Of a stretch of 64,000 nucleotides of DNA, positions 18,928 through 29,195 are shown one piece after another. Every line of letters begins with the position of its first letter. Position 1 is the first letter of the stretch. This DNA is from Anaerolineae bacterium (GTDB lineage Bacteria > Chloroflexota > Anaerolineae > UBA1429), in NCBI GenBank assembly GCA_963675785.1, contig OY776562.1, positions 1,600,001 through 1,664,000 of the forward strand, read 5' to 3'. Below the pieces are notes generated by a model. The model ran no database searches, was not told where the DNA came from, and worked only from the letters and a program-made list of their open reading frames with translations. A program made the translations under genes and the position numbers.

Positions 18928-20967
18928 ATGTTCAAAATTTCTCGTCGCGAGTTTGTGCGCATCTCGGCACTGACTGGAGCCGCCACAGTGGCTGCAGCCT
19001 GTGCCAATCCCACAGCCACCCCCGCCCCTGAAGCAACTACTGCTCCTATCGCTACCACAGCCCCGACTGGTAGCAATACAGGTTCTGAAGCAACTCCGAC
19101 CACTGCTGCTTCCATTTCCTCTTTCAGCGAAGCTCCTATGTTGGCCGAATTGGTTGCCTCGGGTGATCTTCCTCCCGTCGAAGACCGTCTGCCAGAAAAC
19201 CCCGTTGTGCTTCCCGTCAAAGAGAGCCTGGGCGTTTATGGTGGTACCTGGCGCCGTGCTTTCAGGGGAACTTCGGACGCCACTGGCATGACTTATTTGA
19301 ACTGGAACAGCCTCACACGGTTTAATGAAGACCTGACCATCGCCCCGATGTTGGCCGAATCCTGGGATATGAATGAGGATGCCACCGTCTGGACTTGGCA
19401 CCTTCGTAAGGGCACCAAGTGGTCTGACGGTACGCCCCTAACCACCGAGCACACCCAATGGTGGTGGGATAACTTTGCCAACGACAAAGAGCTCAACCCT
19501 GCTGGTATCGCTGCTTACAAAACAGGCTCTGGCGATGATCAGCAGATGTGCGAACTCAGCGTTGAGGATGACTTTACCTTTATCTTTACCTTTGCGCACC
19601 CCAATCCTCTCTTTGGATTCAAGGTGATCTGGCGCGAGTTCCCCATGATGCCCGGTTACTATCTCGAACAGTTTCATCCCACCTTTACCGATGAGGGTGC
19701 GTTGGAGGCCATGATCACAGAAGAAGGCTATTCCAGCTGGGTTGACTTTTTCGAGGGCAAGCGCCAAGAGCATACCAACCCTGGGGTTCCTCGATTGGAT
19801 GTATGGCTCTATACCAATGATATCGTCAACGAACTCGTCATTACCGAACGTAATCCCTATTGCTGGATGGTCGATGAAGAGGGGAATCAGCTGCCTTATA
19901 TCGACTATGTCAACTATCGCCTCTACGAAACACCTGACGTCCTCAACATGTGGCTCGTCAATGGCGAAATTGACCTGCAGGCCCGAAATGTTGACGTGGG
20001 TAACTTTACCCTGCTCAAAGAGAACGAAGCAGATGGCAACTATCAAGTTGTCGTAGGCGTTGAGCCCTCTCACGTCGCTGTATCACTCAACCTGACCTCG
20101 CAGAACGAAGTATTACGCAAGTTCTTTAACGAGCGTGATGTCCGCTTTGCACTCAACTTTGCGGTAAACCGTGAAGAATTGAATGAGCTCGTCTACGACG
20201 GTCTGATGACCCCACGTCAGTACAGCCCTGTCGAAAAATCGGCCCAGTTCTATCCCGATCAAGCCTTTGCCAACATCGAATTCGACCCAGACAAGGCCAA
20301 TGATTTGCTTGATGGTGCTGGCTATGATCAACGAGATAGCGAAGGCTACCGTGTGGACCCTGATACGGGAGAAACCGTGTTCTTCGCAGTCGAAGGCATT
20401 GAAGCAGCCGGCACTCCTTACGAAGACGCCATGCAGTTGATCGTCAAATACTATGGTGATGTGGGCGTCAAGTGTGCCTACAAGTATACCGAACGCTCAC
20501 TGTACGAATCGCGCGAAGCAGCCAACGAGATGGACTGCGGTTCATTCAGCGCAGACCGCACGGTCATGCCCTTCCTTGCAGGGGATAACGACAGCATCTT
20601 TACCGGCACCAATACTCAGCGCCCCTGGGCCTGTGCCTGGGCACTGTGGCATAACAATCCGGAAGATCCCAATGGTCAAGAACCTCCTGCGGATCACTGG
20701 ATCCTTGACATGTGGAATCTCTGGAACGAATCCATGGTCGAGCCTGATTCTGACACACGCAACGAGCTTTTCTTCCAAATCCTCGATATCTGGAAGGAAG
20801 AGATGCCCATGCAGGGTTACCTGGGTGAGATGCCCGCGCTGGCTATCATGCACAACGACATGAGAAACTATGCTGCTGGTTATCCCATCGGCTGGTTGAC
20901 CCACGGCCTCTCACTGTTGAACGCTTCGACGTTCTATTTTGAGAACGGCGCCGAGCACAACGCATAG
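18928..20967 (+). CDS. SBP5: family-5 ABC solute-binding Tat-lipoprotein (most divergent copy)
   Basis: MFKISRREF, lipobox AAAC, EAPMLAELVASGDLPPVEDRLPENP. Confidence 0.92.
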   Translation: MFKISRREFVRISALTGAATVAAACANPTATPAPEATTAPIATTAPTGSNTGSEATPTTAASISSFSEAPMLAELVASGDLPPVEDRLPENPVVLPVKESLGVYGGTWRRAFRGTSDATGMTYLNWNSLTRFNEDLTIAPMLAESWDMNEDATVWTWHLRKGTKWSDGTPLTTEHTQWWWDNFANDKELNPAGIAAYKTGSGDDQQMCELSVEDDFTFIFTFAHPNPLFGFKVIWREFPMMPGYYLEQFHPTFTDEGALEAMITEEGYSSWVDFFEGKRQEHTNPGVPRLDVWLYTNDIVNELVITERNPYCWMVDEEGNQLPYIDYVNYRLYETPDVLNMWLVNGEIDLQARNVDVGNFTLLKENEADGNYQVVVGVEPSHVAVSLNLTSQNEVLRKFFNERDVRFALNFAVNREELNELVYDGLMTPRQYSPVEKSAQFYPDQAFANIEFDPDKANDLLDGAGYDQRDSEGYRVDPDTGETVFFAVEGIEAAGTPYEDAMQLIVKYYGDVGVKCAYKYTERSLYESREAANEMDCGSFSADRTVMPFLAGDNDSIFTGTNTQRPWACAWALWHNNPEDPNGQEPPADHWILDMWNLWNESMVEPDSDTRNELFFQILDIWKEEMPMQGYLGEMPALAIMHNDMRNYAAGYPIGWLTHGLSLLNASTFYFENGAEHNA

Positions 20968-21000
20968 TAAAATCTATGCCTAGCAAAACGCTAGAAATAG

Positions 21001-21041
21001 AAAACAAGGGCTGCGCGCTAGCGCGCAGCCCTTGTTGCTTT
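21001..21041. terminator. Bidirectional terminator
   Basis: AACAAGGGCTGCGCGCTAGCGCGCAGCCCTTGTT, a perfect inverted repeat. Confidence 0.85.
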
Positions 21042-21055
21042 AGATTTCCAGAAAC

Positions 21056-21835
21056 CTAGTCAGCGCAGATATTGTAAGCCGCCTCCAGAGCCGCCATGCG
21101 ATCTCCCAGAGGGGTGAACTCGTGCCCCACATAGCCAGCATAATCCGTTGAATCAATCGCACGGCAAATACCCGTATAATTCAGTTCCTGGGTATCATCC
21201 ATGTCATTGCGGCCAGGATTACCCGCAGTATGAAAATGGCCAATCCACTGAATATTCTTGCGCAAAGTGCGAATAATGTCGCCCTCCATAATCTGCATGT
21301 GGTAAATATCGAACAGCAGTTTAAAAGAGGGGCTGTTTACCATCTCGCAAAGGGCTATTCCCCAGTCGGTATGATCGCACTGATAGCCAGGGTGATCCAC
21401 CTTGGAATTGAGCAACTCCATGTTCAGGGTAATGCCCTTTTTTTCGGCATAAGGCACCACCCTGCGCAGGCCGTGGGCGCAGGTAACCATGCCCTCGTAA
21501 TCGCTCTGGCCGGGGTTGCGGTTACCGCTAAAGCAGATCATCGAGGGAATGCCCAGGTCAGCGGCTTGATCAATAGAAGCGCGCAGCTCGGCCTCGATGC
21601 GATCGTGGTTCCCCGCCTTGTTGAGGCCATCAGGCAAGCTGGCATGGCCCACCATGCTGGCCACCGCCAGGCCGTTTTTACCAGCCGTAGCCACAATACC
21701 CTCTAGGTTCTGCACGCCTGCCATCACCTCGATGGCGCTGTAACCAATCGCAGCAATACGGGCGCAAAACGCATCAAACGTGCCCCAATCCTCACGGTAG
21801 AATATCGGCAAAACCAAGCACTGCTTTACAGACAT
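21056..21835 (-). CDS. Hydroxypyruvate isomerase-family (Hyi-like) TIM-barrel sugar isomerase
   Basis: MELLNSKVDHPGY, LLFDIYHMQIMEGD, GHFHTAGNPGR...QELNY, GHEF. Confidence 0.9.
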   Translation of the reverse strand: MSVKQCLVLPIFYREDWGTFDAFCARIAAIGYSAIEVMAGVQNLEGIVATAGKNGLAVASMVGHASLPDGLNKAGNHDRIEAELRASIDQAADLGIPSMICFSGNRNPGQSDYEGMVTCAHGLRRVVPYAEKKGITLNMELLNSKVDHPGYQCDHTDWGIALCEMVNSPSFKLLFDIYHMQIMEGDIIRTLRKNIQWIGHFHTAGNPGRNDMDDTQELNYTGICRAIDSTDYAGYVGHEFTPLGDRMAALEAAYNICAD

Positions 21836-22019
21836 TGTATCTCCTTTTTCATTGCGCCCTTACAAAGCCAAGCCAGAGCCGACTCAATTATGTAGGATCT
21901 CTGTATTATGTCAAATAGATGTTGCTTCCCAACAGAGAGTATACCCTTTGTGGTGAAAAACTCCTTTGCGGGTATACTCTCTGTTCTTCTTGGACAAACC
22001 CGAGTTGAGTCCCAGTCTC

Positions 22020-23903
22020 TTACTCGATCGAAAAGATCATCTGATAGGCGACCGTTTCGGGAATCGCTGCTTTGAGGCTGACACGGTAGAGGGTATCTCC
22101 CCACACTTGAAGCAGGCGAGCATCCTGAATAGCAATCGGCGTGATCACCACTTGGAACAAGTTGGCATCATACTGCATGAGCAACCGACGAGGGCTGGTG
22201 GCAAAAGCCAAAACGCCCGGCGCTATTTGCTCTACAGCAGGATGCGCATAAAGGCGAACCTCAAAATCGACAGTAGGCACAGCACGCTCGACTTTGTCAC
22301 TAACTATAATGGTTCCAGTCGAGCGATCAAGCGTCAGCGTACGGCGAACATGTTTGAGGCCGGCTGTCTCGGGATAGGCTCGCGCCATATCTGTGGCAAA
22401 CGTATCTACCAGCCCATCTGTGCTAAACCGCGTATCGCAAGCCTCATACTGGCGGCCTGCCAGCTGTTCAATGCCGTCAAATAGCGGGGCGTTATGCCCG
22501 TTGCCGCGAATGCACCACAGGTCATAGCGGCGATCACTAAAGGTTTGCCGGGTATATTCTTCCGTACCCAGATCAATAATCCCGGGCTGACCGTCGAGCA
22601 TGACGGTAAAGTGCCCTACATCGTTGTGGTTATGTGAAGCATCGTTATGGCTGCCCTTGATAGCCGCTACCAGCCCCTGCCCCGGCACCGAGCTCTGGCG
22701 CAGCACAGCTACCTGGAGATCGGGCAAATAACGGGTAAGCGGGCGAGAAAGATTGAGCGGTGCAGCGTCGGCTGGAATCCAGTTGAGTTCAGTAAGAGCG
22801 GCAAACAAGGCTTCTCCGCCCGATACCGCCAAAGGCGGATCAACCTCTCCCTCTGGATCCCAGTTACGCATGCCCAGAAGCGCCAGATCCATCATCTCTG
22901 GTGCATCGACGCGTTTACCATAGCAATAGACTACTGCACGCCGGGGGCTGCTGGCCGCTGGCGCATCCGAAAAGTTGGTGAACCAGGGACCATCCAGATG
23001 AGCCGTGGTGAGAAAAGTGCCCATATTTCGAATAAGGGGCTCATCGTACACCGAAACGGCGCCGTTGCTGCGTGAATACAGCAGCTCTAGTTGAATGAGC
23101 AGCGCGCCCGCAGCCACACCCCAGTAGGTAGGGCCTTCATCACAGCCACCATCTGGGGCGTACCCGGCAATGAATCGATCGCAGGCTACGTTCATGCGGT
23201 CAGCAAAGGCTGCTAGGCGATTCACATCGTCCCAGATGAACATAGCGGCGCCAAGACAGTTGGAGGTACACCAGGGTGTCCAGTTGTTGCGACCCGATAA
23301 CCACCAAAAATCGTCACGACTCTCGACCGGAAGGAGCACCTGAGTCTCCACCTGTTGAATGAGGCGCTCGCAGACCACGGGAGAAACGCGGTCGAGCTCG
23401 GGGCCCAAAAGGCGGTAGATGAGCCCCAAGAACTGGGCAGTTTGAGTAGCAAAGAGGTCTACACTCTGATTAGCCAAGTCGATAGAAGGCAACAAACCGT
23501 TGGGGCCTTTGATGCTGTGCGCCGGAATGATCCAGGTAGTTTCTTCGCAAACGGCCCAAATACCATTGATGATTTCATCGATAAAACGACCCTTGTACTC
23601 GTAGCACTCGGCCAACACAAGCTCTGCCAGGCGCTGCCGCCGGGTAAAATAGACATCCTCATAATTGCTGCGATTGCCGTTGCTACCAAATTGCATATAC
23701 AAACTGGCCGGAAGTGCCAGCCAAGGTCCCGCTAAAGCAGCCTCACCCAGAGCAATAGCCCGGGCCCTACGAATAGCATTCAAACGTCCTTCAGAAAAGC
23801 CTTTCCAGGCCGCCCGGTTGGCTGCTGGGGGAAAATCAGTCCATTCGGCACGAGGCACAAAAGTCTTGCGCAAAATCTCGAGGTTGTAACGTTCCCTGAT
23901 CAT
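22020..23903 (-). CDS. Heparinase II/III-family protein
   Basis: CEETTWIIPAH, NNWTPWC, DGGCDEGPTYW, SHNHNDVGHF, DLGTEEYTRQTFS; no signal peptide. Confidence 0.88.
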   Translation of the reverse strand: MIRERYNLEILRKTFVPRAEWTDFPPAANRAAWKGFSEGRLNAIRRARAIALGEAALAGPWLALPASLYMQFGSNGNRSNYEDVYFTRRQRLAELVLAECYEYKGRFIDEIINGIWAVCEETTWIIPAHSIKGPNGLLPSIDLANQSVDLFATQTAQFLGLIYRLLGPELDRVSPVVCERLIQQVETQVLLPVESRDDFWWLSGRNNWTPWCTSNCLGAAMFIWDDVNRLAAFADRMNVACDRFIAGYAPDGGCDEGPTYWGVAAGALLIQLELLYSRSNGAVSVYDEPLIRNMGTFLTTAHLDGPWFTNFSDAPAASSPRRAVVYCYGKRVDAPEMMDLALLGMRNWDPEGEVDPPLAVSGGEALFAALTELNWIPADAAPLNLSRPLTRYLPDLQVAVLRQSSVPGQGLVAAIKGSHNDASHNHNDVGHFTVMLDGQPGIIDLGTEEYTRQTFSDRRYDLWCIRGNGHNAPLFDGIEQLAGRQYEACDTRFSTDGLVDTFATDMARAYPETAGLKHVRRTLTLDRSTGTIIVSDKVERAVPTVDFEVRLYAHPAVEQIAPGVLAFATSPRRLLMQYDANLFQVVITPIAIQDARLLQVWGDTLYRVSLKAAIPETVAYQMIFSIE

Positions 23904-23938
23904 TTTGCCTACCTTCTTTTATAATCACGGTTTATGCG

Positions 23939-24041
23939 AGCATTCTAGTACGCAAATCACGCATGTCTAGCATCCGGCAACAGATATTTTTTCCATACAG
24001 ACTGACCAAGCATTCGAGTACGCAAATTACACATATCTAGC
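23939..24041. repeat. Two 33-bp imperfect direct repeats (23939-23971 and 24009-24041)
   Basis: AGCATTCTAGTACGCAAATCACGCATGTCTAGC versus AGCATTCGAGTACGCAAATTACACATATCTAGC; 4 mismatches. Confidence 0.8.
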
Positions 24042-24283
24042 TTGACAAGATGACTGAAAAACGATGTGACTTTTGCGTATTCCCATCCGAGATCTCATCT
24101 CGACTAGACCGATAAACAACATAGTGAAACAGTAACTGACGATTTAGTAGCTATTTCTGCCAATTCTTTGTTGGGGAAAGGTGGCTAAAGGGCGTGGTAA
24201 TGTTTTGTATTCATGCATGATTATGCCTATCATTTATAGGTAGTATTACTTTATAATATGTTTTATGGTCATATGCGTTTTAC

Positions 24284-24311
24284 TTGACACTCTAGGCCAT
24301 GTGCTTAGAAT
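24284..24311 (+). promoter_or_regulatory. Sigma70-type promoter of SBP6
   Basis: TTGACA-16 nt-TAGAAT. Confidence 0.6.
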
Positions 24312-24422
24312 CAAGGCATATTTCCAGGGACTGGCATCAACGCGTTGCCCGCTCAGATAGTGAACGTAATAGTCTGTTTGGAAAAAAAGTTGATAGTTGG
24401 CCATAGTTTGAGGGAGTTGGAA

Positions 24423-26437
24423 ATGCAAAAAGTTACACGTCGAGACTTTGTAAGGGTTGCAGCACTAACAGGCGCCGCCACTGTGGCAGCCGCCTGTGCG
24501 CAACCAACCGCTACACCTGAACCCGCAGCTACCACCGCTCCAGAGGCTACAACTGCCGCACCTTCGACCGAACCCACAACCGCCCCTGTAATATCCGCGT
24601 ACAGTGAGGCCCCCATGTTGGCAGAGTTGGTCGCCACTGGTGATCTGCCCCCTGTCGAAGAGCGTCTCCCAGAGAATCCTGATGTTATGCCGGTTGTTGA
24701 ATCAGTCGGCGTCTACGGCGGCACCATCCGCCGCGGTTTCAAGGGTGTCTCGGACAAGTGGGGACCCACCAAGATGGTGCGCAATTGCCTTACCTGGTAC
24801 AACCTAGATCTAACCGTGCGTGCCAGTTTGGCAGAGTCCTGGAGATCAATGAGGACGCCAGCGAGTGGACTTGGCACCTTCGTCCAGGCACCAAGTGGTC
24901 TGATGGTAGCAACTTTACCAGCGCAGACTTTACCTGGTATTACCAGTACCATCTGCTGAACACAGACATCACCCCGGCACCACTAAGTCAGTTCTCCACG
25001 GGTAACCCGCTGGTCTGGTCCGAGTGGACAGCTCCTGACGACTATACCGTCGTTATGACCTTTGCCGACCCGAACCCGCTCTTTTCCTTCAAGGTGATCG
25101 GCCATCAGAATCCGCCCTTCCGCCCCAGCGAGTACGCCAAGCAATATCATCCCGATTTTGTGGACGAAGAAACTCTCAATGCCATGGCGGTAGAAGAGGG
25201 CTTCCAGACCTGGGCCGACCTTTACACCGACCGTGACTGGTGGTACATGGACGAGACGCGTCCTTGTATCTTCCCTTGGAAGCCGAGCAACACACTCGAT
25301 AACGAGTTGTTCGTCATGGAGCGCAACCCCTATTTTTGGCAGGTGGACCCCGAAGGCAATCAGTTGCCCTACGTTGACAAAGTAACTCACCGCCTGTTTG
25401 AAACACCTGACGTGTTCAACATGTGGATCGTCAACGGCGAAATCGACTTTCAGTATCGCCATGTCGATAAGGGTAACTTTACGCTCTTTAAGGAAAGCGA
25501 AGAGTCCGGCGCCTATACCGTCTCTATCGGCACAGTAGCCAACCACTTTTGCTTTACGCCCAACCTCGCCAGCCAGGACGAGCGCTTCCGCGCCTTTTTT
25601 GGCAGCTTAGATGTTCGCAAGGCCCTTTCTCTGGCTGTGAACCGTGACGAGCTTAACGAACTGGTTTACGACGGCCTAGGAACACCCCGTCAGTACAGCC
25701 CGCTAAGCATGTCTCCGAATGCATATCCTGAGCAGGCCGACGCCTACATCGAGTACGATCCTGAGACGGCTGCAGAGCTCCTCGATGGCGCAGGTTACGA
25801 TGCCAAGGACGCTGAAGGCTATCGCGTCTTTAACGATGGCTCCAATGAGACCATCTCGATGACCATTGAGAGCACCTTTGAAGCCGGCTCGCCGGACGAA
25901 GACGCTGTTCAGCTCTTGATCAAGTACTTTGGTGATGTGGGCATCAAGGCGCAGTACAAGTACGTTGAGCGCTCGCTTTATACCGAGCACTATGAATCCA
26001 ACCAAGTTATTGCCACTTCTTGGGGTGGAGACCGTACAGTTATGCCTACCGTTACCCCTGACATCTTTGAGGGTTCTACGGCAGATCGCCCATGGGCTGG
26101 TGCTTGGACTTTGTGGAAGCTCAATCCTACGGATCCGAACGGCGAAGAGCCCCCTGCGGATCATTGGATTTGGACCATCTGGAACGCGATGGATGCCGTC
26201 AAGGTCGAGACAGACGAAGAAACTCGTAATGAGCTGTTCAGAACAGGCGTCTTGGACGTTTGGAAGGAACAGTTGCCCATGATCGGTTACCTGGGTGAAT
26301 TCCCGGCGTTGACGATTCTCAAGGAAGGCCTGCACAACTATCTGCCGGGCTTCCCCAACGACGACATCACCAAGGACGAGCACCTTCAGGGCCCCCAGAC
26401 ACTTTACTGGGATACCCCCGAAGAACACACCTCCTGA
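24423..26437 (+). pseudogene. SBP6: family-5 solute-binding lipoprotein with a 1-bp frameshift (pseudogene or sequencing error)
   Basis: TCC-TGG-AGATC at about 24841 versus TCA-TGG-GAG-ATC in SBP7. The two track ORFs join into an otherwise intact paralog. Confidence 0.85.
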
Positions 26438-26448
26438 TCTTTGTTTGC

Positions 26449-26484
26449 AAAGGAGAGCAGCCATACGGCTGCTCTCCTTTTTTT
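26449..26484 (+). terminator. Terminator after SBP6
   Basis: AAAGGAGAGCAGCC-ATAC-GGCTGCTCTCCTTTTTTT. Confidence 0.88.
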
Positions 26485-26697
26485 CTTACCTCGATAAAAG
26501 CAAGGCTCTATACATTATGCACTTGGCATGTCAGAGTCGCCCCCGATCGTAAACTTGTATGAAGCAAGAATGCTCCGCTCCGACTAGGAGTTTCGACCAA
26601 ATACAACGATCCTACCTTGTCAAACACCCTCCGCTATATCATCCAAAAGATGCCCTATCTGATGTCGTTTTGGCCCATATTTTCCGAGCAAGTGCCT

Positions 26698-26725
26698 TTG
26701 ACAAATAAGTGATAACACCTACAAT
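26698..26725 (+). promoter_or_regulatory. Sigma70-type promoter of SBP7
   Basis: TTGACA-16 nt-TACAAT. Confidence 0.6.
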
Positions 26726-26837
26726 CACTAGGATGTTTGTTAGGGACTGGCATCGGCTTGTTGCCCGCCAGAAGAGCAAAATGATAGTCTGTTTGGACAA
26801 AAAGTTGATAGTCGGTCATAGTTTGAGGGAGTTTGAG

Positions 26838-28856
26838 ATGCAAAAGGTTACACGTCGTGAGTTTGTAAGGGTTGCAGCACTAACGGGCGCCGCCACTGTG
26901 GCAGCCGCCTGTGCGCAGCCCACTGCTACGCCTGCCCCTGAAGCTACCACCGCTCCTGCAGCAGAAGCCACCGCTGCTCCTTCAGTCGAAGCTACTGCTG
27001 CTCCCGCTGTATCTGTTTACGGCGAAGCCCCCATGTTGGCAGAGTTGGTCGCCACTGGTGATCTGCCTCCTGTTGAAGAGCGCATCCCAGAAAGCCCCGA
27101 TGTCATGCCGGTTCCCGAAATGGTCGGCAACTATGGCGGCACCATCCGCCGCGGTTTCAAGGGTGTCTCGGATGCCAACGGCCCCAGCAAACTGGTTACC
27201 AACAACCTCACCTGGTACAACTTGGATCTTAGTGTACGCCCCAGCCTGGCAGAGTCATGGGAGATCAACGATGACGCCAGCGAATGGACTTTTTATCTAC
27301 GCAAAGGCACCAAGTGGTCTGATGGTACCGATTTTACCAGCGCGGATTTCATCTGGTACTGGCAATATCATCTCCAGAACAAGGATATAACTGCTAGCCC
27401 GCCAAGCCAGTTCTCCACCGGTACCCCGCTAGAGCTCAGCACCTGGTCAGCTCCTGATGATTATACCGTCGTCTTTACCTTCACGACGCCGTATCCGCTT
27501 TTCCACTATAAAGTTATTGGTCATCAGAACTGGCCCTTCCGCCCCAGCGAATACATGAAGCAGTTCCACATCGACTTTACGGACGAAGCCACACTGACCG
27601 CCATGGCCACCGAGTCGGGGCAGGATACGTGGTACGCCCTGTACGACTATCATGATGACTGGTACATGGACGCCGCCCGTCCGACGATTAACCCTTGGCT
27701 GCCGACAAACACTCTAGATAACGAGTTGTTCATCGTCGAGCGCAACCCGTATTTTTGGCAGGTTGACCCCGAAGGCAATCAGCTGCCCTATGTTGACAAA
27801 GTAACTCACCGCCTGTTTGAAACACCTGACGTGTTTAACATGTGGATCGTCAACGGCGAGATCGACTTTCAGTATCGACACGTCGATAAGGGTAACTTTA
27901 CGCTCTTTAAGGAAAGTGAAGAATCGGGCGATTACACCGTTTCTATCGGCACAAGCGCCAATCACTTTGTCTTCACACCTAATCTTGCCTCTCAGGATGA
28001 GCGCTTTAACGAGTTCTTTGGCAACGTTGACGTCCGTAAGGCACTATCTGTGGCCGTGAACCGCGATGAGATCAATGAGCTAGCCTACAACGGCCTGGGA
28101 ACGCCTCGTCAGTACAGCCCGCTGAGCACATCACCACAGGCATACCCTGAAATGTCTGATAATTTGATCGAGTACGATCCCGAGATGGCTGCAAGCCTGC
28201 TGGATGGCGCTGGTTACGATGCCAAGGACGCTGAAGGCTACCGCGTCTTTGCCGATGGTTCCAATGAGACCATCTCGATCACCATTGAGAGCACCTTTGA
28301 AGCCGGTTCGCCGGATGAAGATGCTGTCCTCATGATGATCAAATACTTTGGTGAAGTAGGCCTCAAGGCTCAGTACAAGTACGTCGAGCGCTCGCTCTAT
28401 ACCGAGCACTATGAATCTAATCAGGTTGGTGCCACCTCCTGGGGTGGAGACCGTACGGTTATGCCCATCGTTACACCGACCATCTTTGATGGTTCGACGG
28501 TTGACCGTCCTTGGGCCGGTGCCTGGGGCCTGTGGCGTCTCAATCATAACGATCCCAATGGTGAAGAGCCCCCTGCGGATCATTGGATCTGGACCATCTG
28601 GAATGCCGTCGATGAGATTGCAATCGAGCCTGATGAAGAAACGCGCAATGATCTGTTCAAAACTGGCGTCTTGGACGTTTGGAAGGAACAGTTGCCCATG
28701 ATTGGTTACCTGGGCGAATTCCCGGCGTTGACCATCATCAAGAACAGCCTGCACAACTATCTGCCCGGCTTCCCAAATGACGATATCGTCAAGGATGAGC
28801 ATCTGCAGGGCCCCCAGACTCTCTTCTGGGACAACCCCGAAGAGCATACTTCCTGA
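26838..28856 (+). CDS. SBP7: family-5 ABC solute-binding Tat-lipoprotein
   Basis: MQKVTRREF, lipobox AAAC and family motifs; GAGGGAG RBS. Confidence 0.93.
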   Translation: MQKVTRREFVRVAALTGAATVAAACAQPTATPAPEATTAPAAEATAAPSVEATAAPAVSVYGEAPMLAELVATGDLPPVEERIPESPDVMPVPEMVGNYGGTIRRGFKGVSDANGPSKLVTNNLTWYNLDLSVRPSLAESWEINDDASEWTFYLRKGTKWSDGTDFTSADFIWYWQYHLQNKDITASPPSQFSTGTPLELSTWSAPDDYTVVFTFTTPYPLFHYKVIGHQNWPFRPSEYMKQFHIDFTDEATLTAMATESGQDTWYALYDYHDDWYMDAARPTINPWLPTNTLDNELFIVERNPYFWQVDPEGNQLPYVDKVTHRLFETPDVFNMWIVNGEIDFQYRHVDKGNFTLFKESEESGDYTVSIGTSANHFVFTPNLASQDERFNEFFGNVDVRKALSVAVNRDEINELAYNGLGTPRQYSPLSTSPQAYPEMSDNLIEYDPEMAASLLDGAGYDAKDAEGYRVFADGSNETISITIESTFEAGSPDEDAVLMMIKYFGEVGLKAQYKYVERSLYTEHYESNQVGATSWGGDRTVMPIVTPTIFDGSTVDRPWAGAWGLWRLNHNDPNGEEPPADHWIWTIWNAVDEIAIEPDEETRNDLFKTGVLDVWKEQLPMIGYLGEFPALTIIKNSLHNYLPGFPNDDIVKDEHLQGPQTLFWDNPEEHTS

Positions 28857-28884
28857 TCAAGCTGTATCTAGTGTTATAAAATGT

Positions 28885-28916
28885 AAGGGGACGACTTTTG
28901 TCGTCCCCTTGTTTTT
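28885..28916 (+). terminator. Terminator after SBP7
   Basis: AAGGGGACGAC-TTTT-GTCGTCCCCTT-GTTTTT. Confidence 0.85.
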
Positions 28917-29060
28917 ATCTCTGAACAAACAGTAACCCGCATTCAGCGCTGGCATATAAAGAAAATGCCTATCAAAACATCCATCAACCTATATCATTGA
29001 TGCAAGAAAAGATGCAACTATGCGGATAGGTATTAAAAATATATTAAGCTAGCTAAACAA

Positions 29061-29088
29061 TTGACATCTAGGCCAGTGTACCTAGAAT
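29061..29088 (+). promoter_or_regulatory. Sigma70-type promoter of SBP8
   Basis: TTGACA-16 nt-TAGAAT; the spacer shares TCTAGGCCA with the SBP6 promoter. Confidence 0.62.
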
Positions 29089-29195
29089 CGGCCTCATACA
29101 CGTGTGGCTGGCATCGGCATTTTGCCCGCCTGATAGTGACTGAATGATCTGTTCGGACAAGAGTTGATAGCCGGCCCAAGTTAGAGGAGATCAAG

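Noticed and set aside
23939-24041. Mini-CRISPR (33-bp repeat, 37-bp spacer)
   Set aside because: Only two imperfect copies, no cas genes, and the unit contains promoter-like hexamers.
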